NCBI GenBank assembly: GCA_047284725.1
Contig: JBJBEO010000001.1
Span: forward strand, 2,328,203 to 2,392,202
DNA from: Synechococcus sp.
GTDB lineage: Bacteria > Cyanobacteriota > Cyanobacteriia > PCC-6307 > Cyanobiaceae
DNA length: 64,000 nt
Direction: 5' to 3'
The translations under genes were made by a program, and so were the position numbers. Under the pieces are notes generated by a model. It saw nothing but the letters and a program-made list of their open reading frames with translations, was not told where the DNA came from and searched no databases. Each line of letters begins with the position of its first letter. The stretch's first letter is position 1. Below, piece by piece: positions 55,894 through 64,000 of this stretch.

Positions 55894-56026
55894 TCAACAG
55901 TTCCCCTCATTCAAGCAGTCGTCGCGGCCAGCACGCATCGAACGTGGGCTTTTCAATCGCAACGTTTCAATCGCAAGGGGGCCAACACAGCAGCAGCCAT
56001 CTGCAAACCAGAGTATTTGATCTAAG

Positions 56027-57175
56027 ATGACAAAAAAGAGAATGCTGTTCCAACGTGGTCTGGGGCTTTCCCTGCTTCCCATCACGCTCGCCATCAGCAG
56101 TTGCGCCCGAACGCCCCAAGCAACCGCTTTTCCTTCGGTCAACACAGCCAAAGTTGACTTACGAACATTTCAGCCGACGATCGAGACAATCAGCGTTCTC
56201 GAATCCACCAGCAATGTGGCCATCAAGCCGGAAAGCGACGGCAGGGTGATCAAGATTGTGGCCCGTGAAGGCCAACGGGTCAACGCTGGCGACACCATCC
56301 TGGTGCTGGATGACGTGCAGCAGCGCGCGGCTCTGAATGCAGCGAAGGCGCAGGCCCACACGGATCGGCTGAATGCCGAGCGCTATGAGTTTCTCTACTC
56401 GCAAGGGGCGACTTCAGCGAAGGAGCGAGATCGCTACCGCACCCAGGCCATTGCCTCACAGGACCAGGCCGTCGCCTCTGCAGCAACCCTCGGGTACAAA
56501 ACCGTGCGCTCTCCGATCGATGGAGTGATCGGCAGCCTGGACACCGTGAAGCTTGGCGACTATGTGACCACCGGGCAGGCGATCACGGGAATCGTCAACA
56601 ACGCCACGCTCTGGACCCTGATGCAGATCCCCGCCTCCCAGGCTGGATCCGTGCGGACTGGACAGCCCGTGACTGTGACCTCCCAAACCGACCCTCCCAT
56701 CAGCGGCAGTGGATCCGTGAGTTTCATCGCCCCCTATTTCGGTACACCGGGTACAACCAACGCCCCCAACACCGTGATGGTGAAGGCGACCTTCCCCAAT
56801 CTCACTGGAACGCTCAAAACCGGTCAGTACGTCAAGAGTGAAATCATCACCGGCACGAGCGAGCGCCTGGCGGTGCCGGTGCAGGCGGTGTTCATGCAGG
56901 CGGAACAACCTTTTGTCTTCCTCGTTGTGCCCCTGAAGAACGTGCTGAACCAGATCAAGGCCTCAACCACCATTCCCGAGACAACCAAACAGAAGCTGGA
57001 GCAGCTGCCCAACACCACACCGATCGCTGTGGAGCGGGCTGTTGACCTCGGACCTCTTCAGAACAATGTCTACGCCGTCAACAGCGGCCTGAAGGCCGGG
57101 GATGTCGTGGTGTCGAGCAACACGGCACTGCTGCGGAACGGCACGCCGGTGCGGCCGGCCGGAGGAGGCAACTGA
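56027..57175 (+). CDS. RND efflux periplasmic adaptor (membrane fusion protein)
   Basis: Lipoprotein-like N-terminus (ISSC), GRVIKI..EGQRV, VRSPIDGVIG, GLKAGDVVV. Confidence 0.9.
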   Translation: MTKKRMLFQRGLGLSLLPITLAISSCARTPQATAFPSVNTAKVDLRTFQPTIETISVLESTSNVAIKPESDGRVIKIVAREGQRVNAGDTILVLDDVQQRAALNAAKAQAHTDRLNAERYEFLYSQGATSAKERDRYRTQAIASQDQAVASAATLGYKTVRSPIDGVIGSLDTVKLGDYVTTGQAITGIVNNATLWTLMQIPASQAGSVRTGQPVTVTSQTDPPISGSGSVSFIAPYFGTPGTTNAPNTVMVKATFPNLTGTLKTGQYVKSEIITGTSERLAVPVQAVFMQAEQPFVFLVVPLKNVLNQIKASTTIPETTKQKLEQLPNTTPIAVERAVDLGPLQNNVYAVNSGLKAGDVVVSSNTALLRNGTPVRPAGGGN

Positions 57176-57179
57176 GCCG

Positions 57180-60100
57180 GTGGCGTTCTCCGACAGGTTC
57201 ATCAAACGACCGGTCCTTACGACCGTTTGCAGCATTCTGATTGTGCTGATCGGTGTGCTGGCGATCCCAACCCTGCCGATCGCCAGCCTCCCCAACATCG
57301 CGCCGCCGCTGATTCAGGTGACCGCCAGTTACGGCGGGGCCAACTCCCTGGTGACCGAACAGGCCGTCACCAACCCGCTGGAGCAGCAGATCAACGGCGT
57401 TCCGGGCGCGAATTACATCGCCTCCACCAGCAACATGGAAGGCCAGAGCATCATCTCGGTCTACTTCGACGACACGACCGACATCGGCATCGATCAGGTG
57501 AACGTGCAGAACCGCGTGTCGCTGGCGATGCCGCAGCTGCCTTCCCAGGTGTCCGCCACCGGTGTCTCCGTGAAGCAGAGCACACCCTCGATCCTGCTGG
57601 CTTATCAGGTGTCCTCCACGGAGGGTCAATTCGATGCCGCCTATCTCAACGGCCTCGTCTACGAAAATCTCTACTACCAGTTGGGACGAGTCCCGGGGGT
57701 CGCCAACGTCAACATCCTCGGAGGTTCCAACCCCGCCTTCTGGCTCCAGGTGGATCCGGCCCGACTGGCCGCGAACCAGCTCACCGCCACGGATGTAGTG
57801 ACAGCGGTGCAGTCCCAGAACAGCACCGCCATCGGCGGACTGGTGGGAGGCCCGCCTGCATCAGGCGATCAGCTCTACACCTATCCGGTGCTGGTCGAGA
57901 ACAACGGCAACCTCACCAGTCTCAACGACTTCCGCAATCTGATCGTGGGGCGCACGCCGGAAGGAAGCCTGCTGAGACTGCGCGATGTGGGTGATGTGCA
58001 GTACGGATTCAACAACTACACAACGTCGGCGATCGACACCGACGGCCACCCGATCATCACGGTGGCGGTGTTCCAGACACCGGACAGCAATGCGCTGGAT
58101 GTCTCCAATGCCTCGATGGCCCTGATCGACGCCTTTGCCGCCACCGTGCCCCCCGGGGTCACGGTGAATCAGATTTACAACATCGGTCAGTTCATCGAGT
58201 CGTCGGTTGAGGGTGTCGTCGATGCCCTGGGACTGGCGATCGTGCTGGTGCTGCTGATCCTGTTTCTGTTTCTGCAGAACTGGCGCGCCACCATCGTTCC
58301 GAGCCTGGCGATTCCGATCTCCCTGATCGGCACCTTCGCCTTCATCAAGGTGTTCGGCTTTTCAATCAATCAGCTCACCCTGCTGGGCCTGGTGCTGGCC
58401 ACGGGGCTGGTGGTCGACGACGCCATCGTGGTGATTGAGGCGGTCTCGACAAACATCGAAGCCGGAATGCGGCCGCGAGCGGCAGCCCTGGCCTGCATGG
58501 GTGAACTGTTCGGTGCCCTGGTGGCCACCGCCCTAGTGCTGATGGCGGTGTTCGTTCCCGTGGCCTTCTATCCGGGCGGAATCGGCATCATCTACCGCCA
58601 GTTCGCCCTCACGATCGCCTTCTCGATCGCGATTTCGGCGTTCAACGCCCTGACGTTCTCCCCGATGCTCTCGGGCCTGCTGCTGCGCAGCGACCCTGCC
58701 AAGGAACCCCGCGGCCCGATCTGGATCGCGGCCGGCGTGGTCGTGGGACTGGCCTTCGGCCGCTTCAGCGCCGCAGCCTTCGGCAGCTGGACCTACGTGC
58801 TCGGTGTGGTGGTCGGCGCCCTGGCCGGCGCCAACCTGCCGCTGATCTTCAACCGTTTCAACGCTTTCTTCGCCCAGCTGCAGACGCGGTACGTCCGTCT
58901 GGTGCAGACCCTGATCCAGGCCCGTCGGTGGGTGATGGTGGGCCTGGGATCGGGCCTGGTGATCACCGCACTCGCTTTCACCAGCGTGCCCTCCGGTTTC
59001 ATCCCCGAGGAGGACCAGGGCTATCTGGCCGGGATCTATCAACTCCAGAACGGAGCCTCGCTGAGCGCGAGTGAAGCCATGGCCAAAACGATCGCGGCGA
59101 TCATCCAGGAAGAGCCCGACGTGGGCGAAGCCTCGATCATCAGCGGCTACGGCTTCAATGGCTCCAGTCCTGACCAGGGCACGATCCTGATCGGCCTGAA
59201 ACCTCTGGAGGAACGCAAGGGTTCCACCAACAGCTCGTTTGCGATCGCCAAGCGCCTCAACGCCAAACTGACGACGCTCAGTGAGGGATTCGCCAAGGTG
59301 GGGCAGCCCCCGGCCGTTCCCGGCTTCTCGGCCCAGGGGGGCTTCTATTTCCAGTTCAACGATCACAGCAACGGGGCCTACAGCTTCAACCAGCTCAATC
59401 AGCTGGCGCAAACGCTGATCAGCAAGGGCCGCAGCAGTGGCGACTTCGCCTCCCTGTACACCCAGTTCATTCCCAGTGCGCCTGCCGTTGGCCTCTCGAT
59501 CAACCGCGAGCTGATGGAAGCGCTCGATGTCGACTATCAGGAGGCGATGACCACCATCGCCACCCTGGCGGGCAGCAAGTACACGGGACTGACCTATGAG
59601 GCCGGGCAGGTGCGCAACGTGTACGTGCAATCCAGCGCCGAACAGCGCAGTCGGATCGACGACATCCTCAGCTACTACGTGCGCGCGCGCGACGGCTCCC
59701 TGGTGCAGGTGTCGCAATTCGCCCGGAACAGTCTGAGCAGTGCACCGCCGGTGATCAGTCACTACAACCTGGATCGCACCGTGCTGGTGCAGGGCGCCCA
59801 GGCCGCGGGCACCAGTTCCGGTGAGGCCCTCAGTGCCATCCAGCGTCTGTTTGACGCCCAGAACTTCAACAACATCGGCTCTGCCTTCACCGGGCTGGCG
59901 GCGCTGCAGCTGTCTGCCGGCAACGCCAGCCTGCTGGTGTTCGGCTTCGGGGTTCTGGTGGTGTACCTGGTGCTGTCGGCCCAATACGAGAGCTACATCA
60001 CGCCGGTGATTATTCTGATGACCGTGCCCCTGGCGATGCTCGGAGCCCTGGCCTTTCTGGCCCTGCGCTCGATCGACCTCAACATCTACGCCCAGGTGGG

Positions 60101-60458
60101 ACTGGTCACCCTGATCGGGCTCGCAGCCAAAAACGGCATCCTGATCGTCGAAGTGGCAGAACAGCACCTGAGCGAAGGGATGACGGCCCAAGAGGCCGTG
60201 ATGGCGTCAGCCGAATCGCGTCTGCGACCGATCCTGATGACGGCAATTGCCGCACTGGCCGGCTTCCTTCCCCTGGTGGTCGCCAACGGTGCCGGGGCAC
60301 AGAGCCAGCAGGCGCTGGGTAGCGTGATCTTCGGTGGCCTGGTGGTGGCAACGGTGTTGTCACTGGGCGTGGTTCCCCCCTTCTACATAACGATCAAAGC
60401 CCTTGAAACACGGTGGTTCAACAGCCAAGACCAGGGCAGCCTCGACCATGCAGACTGA
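57180..60458 (+). CDS. RND efflux permease (HAE1/AcrB-like)
   Basis: FIKRPV, GLVVDDAIVVIE, AKNGILIVE, RLRPILMT. Probable GTG start at 57180. Confidence 0.95.
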   Translation: MAFSDRFIKRPVLTTVCSILIVLIGVLAIPTLPIASLPNIAPPLIQVTASYGGANSLVTEQAVTNPLEQQINGVPGANYIASTSNMEGQSIISVYFDDTTDIGIDQVNVQNRVSLAMPQLPSQVSATGVSVKQSTPSILLAYQVSSTEGQFDAAYLNGLVYENLYYQLGRVPGVANVNILGGSNPAFWLQVDPARLAANQLTATDVVTAVQSQNSTAIGGLVGGPPASGDQLYTYPVLVENNGNLTSLNDFRNLIVGRTPEGSLLRLRDVGDVQYGFNNYTTSAIDTDGHPIITVAVFQTPDSNALDVSNASMALIDAFAATVPPGVTVNQIYNIGQFIESSVEGVVDALGLAIVLVLLILFLFLQNWRATIVPSLAIPISLIGTFAFIKVFGFSINQLTLLGLVLATGLVVDDAIVVIEAVSTNIEAGMRPRAAALACMGELFGALVATALVLMAVFVPVAFYPGGIGIIYRQFALTIAFSIAISAFNALTFSPMLSGLLLRSDPAKEPRGPIWIAAGVVVGLAFGRFSAAAFGSWTYVLGVVVGALAGANLPLIFNRFNAFFAQLQTRYVRLVQTLIQARRWVMVGLGSGLVITALAFTSVPSGFIPEEDQGYLAGIYQLQNGASLSASEAMAKTIAAIIQEEPDVGEASIISGYGFNGSSPDQGTILIGLKPLEERKGSTNSSFAIAKRLNAKLTTLSEGFAKVGQPPAVPGFSAQGGFYFQFNDHSNGAYSFNQLNQLAQTLISKGRSSGDFASLYTQFIPSAPAVGLSINRELMEALDVDYQEAMTTIATLAGSKYTGLTYEAGQVRNVYVQSSAEQRSRIDDILSYYVRARDGSLVQVSQFARNSLSSAPPVISHYNLDRTVLVQGAQAAGTSSGEALSAIQRLFDAQNFNNIGSAFTGLAALQLSAGNASLLVFGFGVLVVYLVLSAQYESYITPVIILMTVPLAMLGALAFLALRSIDLNIYAQVGLVTLIGLAAKNGILIVEVAEQHLSEGMTAQEAVMASAESRLRPILMTAIAALAGFLPLVVANGAGAQSQQALGSVIFGGLVVATVLSLGVVPPFYITIKALETRWFNSQDQGSLDHAD

Positions 60459-61419
60459 TCAACGCTGGACCTGGCGCGAACCCGGGGGCCTGGCGCTTGA
60501 GGTTGGCTGGTGCCGGCAGGGAGACCCCGGAGCATCGAAACCATCCGGCACCCCTGCGGTGGTGCTGATTCACGGCTTCGGGGCCAACACCAACCACTGG
60601 CGGCACACCGCTCCCGCCCTCAGCCCGCACACCCCCACCTATGCCCTCGATCTGATCGGCTTCGGCACCAGCAGCCAACCCCGGGCCCTGCTGGCCGGCG
60701 AACGCGGCGACGGTCTGCGCTACGGATTCGATCTCTGGGGTCACCAGGTGGCCAGCTTCTGCCGCGAGCGCGTGCAACGGCCAGTCCTCCTGGTGGGGAA
60801 TTCCATCGGCGCAGTAGTCGCCCTGCGTGCAGCCCAGTTGCTGCAAGCGGATCAAGGGTCAAGCCCCTGCAAAGGCCTGGTGCTGATCGACTGCGCCCAG
60901 CGGCTGATGGATGACAAACAGCTCGCCACACAACCCGCCTGGATGGCCTGGCTCCGGCCATGGCTCAAGACTCTCGTGAGTCAGCGGTGGCTGAGCACAG
61001 CGTTGTTCCGAAATGCGGCCCGCCCTGCGGTAATCCGCAGTGTGCTCAGGCAGGCCTACCCCAGTGGCGACAACATCGACGATGAGCTGGTGCGACTCCT
61101 GCATGATCCGACGCAGAGGGAAGGATCTGCAGAAGCTTTCCGGGGTTTCATCAATCTCTTCGACGACTACCTGGCACCGGATCTCATCCAGACCCTTTCG
61201 ATTCCGATCGACCTGATCTGGGGAGGCGACGATCCCTGGGAACCGGTGGCTGAAGCCGAACGCTGGGCTGACACCATGACGGCCATCCGATCACTGCACG
61301 TGATTAGCGGCAAAGGGCACTGCCCCCACGATGAAGCTCCCGATCTCGTCAATCCACTGTTGCTTCAGGCCCTGACAAGGTGCACTGAAGCAATGACTTC
61401 AATTCAGCAGGCAACGTAA
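60448..61419 (+). CDS. Alpha/beta fold hydrolase
   Basis: LIHGFGA, DLIGFG, GNSIG nucleophile, GHCPHDE. Confidence 0.92.
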   Translation: MQTDQRWTWREPGGLALEVGWCRQGDPGASKPSGTPAVVLIHGFGANTNHWRHTAPALSPHTPTYALDLIGFGTSSQPRALLAGERGDGLRYGFDLWGHQVASFCRERVQRPVLLVGNSIGAVVALRAAQLLQADQGSSPCKGLVLIDCAQRLMDDKQLATQPAWMAWLRPWLKTLVSQRWLSTALFRNAARPAVIRSVLRQAYPSGDNIDDELVRLLHDPTQREGSAEAFRGFINLFDDYLAPDLIQTLSIPIDLIWGGDDPWEPVAEAERWADTMTAIRSLHVISGKGHCPHDEAPDLVNPLLLQALTRCTEAMTSIQQAT

Positions 61420-62429
61420 GCCTCAACCTGGTGACTGAGGCGGCGCAGTCCCGCCAGACCGTCACGCTCGAGATTGCGGACACGATCACGGCTGATTCCA
61501 ATGATCCGACCGATACCGGTGAGGCTCATCGGGTCCTCTCCATTCATCCCGTAGCGCATCCGCAGCACCTTCCGCTGGAGATCCGGCAGTTGCTCCAGCA
61601 GATCCCGCAGGTCTCCCTTCAGGCACTCGCCCTCCACCTGCTCACTCGGCAGTTCGCCATCCCCCGACAACAGTTCCAGCAGTTCCGTGTCATCACCATC
61701 TCCCACCTTCATCTCCAAACTCACCGGCTGACGGGCGCGGCACATCAGATCCTTCACCTCCTCCTCGGGCAGCTCCACAAACTCCGCCAGCTCCGTCACC
61801 GTCGGCGTACGCCCCAGCTCCTGGCTCAACTCACGCTGACCTTTCTTCAGCTTGTTCAGCATCTCCGTGATGTGAATCGGCAGACGAATCGTTCGGCTCT
61901 TCTCGGCGATCGCCCTCGTGATCCCCTGACGGATCCACCAGTACGCATACGTACTGAACTTGTATCCGCGGGTCGGATCAAACTTCTCCACACCACGCAC
62001 CAGACCGATCGTTCCCTCCTGGATCAGATCCAGCAGCTCCATATTCCGCTTGGTGTATTTCTTCGCGACGCTCACCACCAACCTCAGATTGGCCGCCACC
62101 ATCCGCTCCTTCGCCCGGCGGCCCGCCTGCAGCTTCCGCTTCAGCTGCACACCGCTCAGACCCGCCTTCTTCGCCAGCTCCGCTGCAGGCACCGACTCTC
62201 CGCCCAGCTGATCCTTCAACTCCGACTCCAGCGACTCCAGCTCCATCAGCTCCTGCACCTGTCGGCCCAGCGTGATCTCCTGCTGATGGCTCAGCAGTGG
62301 CACGCGGCCGATGTCACGCAGGTACGAACGCACCAGATCAACGTCGGCAACCCCGTTCCGACCAGCATGGGGACGACGATTCTTCACGGGGGAAGACGGG
62401 GCTGCAGCAACAGCAGTGGCGACGACCAT
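61404..62429 (-). CDS. Group 2 sigma-70 factor (RpoD/SigA family)
   Basis: YLRDIGRVPLL, ANLRLVVSVAKKY, DLIQEG, FDPTRGYKFSTYAYWWIRQ, region 4 HTH. SD AAAGGAG upstream. Confidence 0.95.
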   Translation of the reverse strand: MVVATAVAAAPSSPVKNRRPHAGRNGVADVDLVRSYLRDIGRVPLLSHQQEITLGRQVQELMELESLESELKDQLGGESVPAAELAKKAGLSGVQLKRKLQAGRRAKERMVAANLRLVVSVAKKYTKRNMELLDLIQEGTIGLVRGVEKFDPTRGYKFSTYAYWWIRQGITRAIAEKSRTIRLPIHITEMLNKLKKGQRELSQELGRTPTVTELAEFVELPEEEVKDLMCRARQPVSLEMKVGDGDDTELLELLSGDGELPSEQVEGECLKGDLRDLLEQLPDLQRKVLRMRYGMNGEDPMSLTGIGRIIGISRDRVRNLERDGLAGLRRLSHQVEAYVAC

Positions 62430-62520
62430 GGCGCTCCTTTGCGTTATGTAAAGCCTACTCCTAAAGAAGTGTAAACAGGCTCTCAGGAATGCTCGGAACC
62501 GGGAAATTAAGTAAAAATCC

Positions 62521-63921
62521 CTAGTCCGCCAGTGAGGCGAGATGGTGCCCTTGGTGCAGCAACCAGGTGGCGGTGCGCAGATAGATGAACACCCCTGCCA
62601 CGTCTGTGGCCGTGGTGATGAAGGGAGCCGACATCAAGGCTGGATCCAATCCCATGCGATTGAAGAGCAACGGGAGTGCGGCACCGGCCGTAGCCGCCAG
62701 GGTGGTGATCGCCATCAGGCTGATCCCAACGGCCGTGCCCACCAGCGCACCATCCATGCCACCACGCCACCAGGCAAACGGCACCACCAGCACCAGCATC
62801 AACAAACCGAGCAGGGCGCCGGCCAACGCCTCACGCGCAATGGCGCTGAAAGGCCCCAGTGACTGAATCCGCTGAGTGCTCAAGCCTCGGATCACCACCG
62901 TGGAGCTCTGGGCACCAACATTGCCACCGGTACCGATGAGCAGCGGGATGAAGGCTGCCAGCACCACCACCTGCTTGAGCACGTCGTCATTGCCAGCGAT
63001 CACTTCGGTGGTGAAGCCATTCGCCACCACCAGCACCGCCAGCCACACCACTCTCCGGCGGGCCACCGTGAACAGGTTGCTCTGGAAATAGTCGTCTTCA
63101 TCACCCGCTTGCACAGCACCGGCGGCGTAGATGTCGCGAGTGGCCTCCTGCTCGATCACGTCGATGACGTCATCCACGGTGACGATGCCCACCAGCCGCT
63201 GCTCCCGATCGACCACCGGCACCGCCAGGAAGTCGTAGCGCTGAATCGCCCGGGCCACCTCCTCCTGATCGGTGTCAGTGCGAACACTCACCACATCCCG
63301 GGTCATCACATCACCGACGTGATCCTCCGGGTCGGCTGTGACCAGGTCACGCAGCGACAGGATGCCGGTGAGATGACGCTGTCCATCAGTGACGTACAGG
63401 CTGTAGATCGTTTCTGTGTCACGAGCCCGGCGACGCACGATCGTGAGGGCCTGGGCCGCACTGTGAAATTCCTTGAGGTCAATGAATTCCGTCGTCATCA
63501 GACGACCAGCGGTTTCGGCCTCGTAGCCGAGCAACTGAGCCGTGACACGGCGCTCCGCCGGACTCAGCTCCGCCAGCAGACGGCGCACGACCTTGGCCGG
63601 TAATTCATCAAAGAGCTGAACCCGGTCATCCGGTGCCATCTCTTCGACAATTTCCAGCACCTCACCCGAACGCAGACGCTCGAGCAGGCTTTGCTGCACG
63701 GCGGGATCGAGGTACTCATAGACCTCAATCGCCTCGTCCTTGTTCAGCAGACGGAAGGCGAGGGCCTGGAGCGTGCGCGGCAAAGTGCCGATGGCTTCAG
63801 CAATATCCACCGGCTGCACAGGTTCCAGCAGCAGCTTGACGGCGTCGTAATTGCCAGCCTCCAGCATGGTTTCAAGCTGCTGGGTCACCACGGACGCGAC
63901 CAGCCCGGTTGCCTCGTCCAT
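62521..63921 (-). CDS. mgtE: Magnesium transporter MgtE
   Basis: N-domain, CBS pair, GIVTVDD, GGNVGAQ, DPALMSAPFITTATD. Confidence 0.96.
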   Translation of the reverse strand: MDEATGLVASVVTQQLETMLEAGNYDAVKLLLEPVQPVDIAEAIGTLPRTLQALAFRLLNKDEAIEVYEYLDPAVQQSLLERLRSGEVLEIVEEMAPDDRVQLFDELPAKVVRRLLAELSPAERRVTAQLLGYEAETAGRLMTTEFIDLKEFHSAAQALTIVRRRARDTETIYSLYVTDGQRHLTGILSLRDLVTADPEDHVGDVMTRDVVSVRTDTDQEEVARAIQRYDFLAVPVVDREQRLVGIVTVDDVIDVIEQEATRDIYAAGAVQAGDEDDYFQSNLFTVARRRVVWLAVLVVANGFTTEVIAGNDDVLKQVVVLAAFIPLLIGTGGNVGAQSSTVVIRGLSTQRIQSLGPFSAIAREALAGALLGLLMLVLVVPFAWWRGGMDGALVGTAVGISLMAITTLAATAGAALPLLFNRMGLDPALMSAPFITTATDVAGVFIYLRTATWLLHQGHHLASLAD

Positions 63922-64000
63922 CGGCCTGTGGTCTGGGCCTGCTCAGTGTATGGCCCATGCCTGCAGCCGGCCGTTCCCGGCTAAGGTCTGCGCTCTCGAT

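Noticed and set aside
61431..62474. Long antisense ORFs (347 aa here; also 58533..60191, 23385..24662, 31577..32743, 11529..12668, 93..1109)
   Set aside because: They are shadow frames opposite well-supported genes, expected from high-GC codon bias, and contain no recognisable motifs.
62440..62515. NtcA or HLR1 (RpaB) sites upstream of the sigma gene
   Set aside because: The GTA..TAC spacing is N5 rather than N8. The TTTACA half-sites are 23 bp apart and the 10-bp-spaced partner is a poor match.

Overview
The window looks like a marine Synechococcus-type picocyanobacterial chromosome segment (psaC, ndhS, high-GC core genes). About 1-36 kb and 60-64 kb are conserved housekeeping genes: glgP, ackA, tRNA-Arg(CCT), rnpB, rnc, rimM, manC, glmS, psaC, acpP-fabF-tkt, thiC with a TPP riboswitch, ruvB, smpB, egtBD, lysS, mreBCD, ssb, ahcY, tsaE, a group-2 sigma factor and mgtE. 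About 36-60 kb is a mosaic in which visibly AT-richer accessory signalling genes are interleaved with core-type genes. These include a prokaryotic pentameric ligand-gated ion channel facing an output-less heme-c (DUF3365)/HAMP sensor, a calmodulin-like EF-hand-arginase fusion broken by two frameshifts, and a Coq4-lipocalin fusion joined tail-to-tail with a decayed GGDEF gene. Also present are a solute-binding lipoprotein coupled to a membrane diguanylate cyclase, a GGDEF-EAL protein and an RND efflux pair. No CRISPR array, transposase, integrase or rRNA was recognised. All calls come from motif and family recognition by eye, without database searches.
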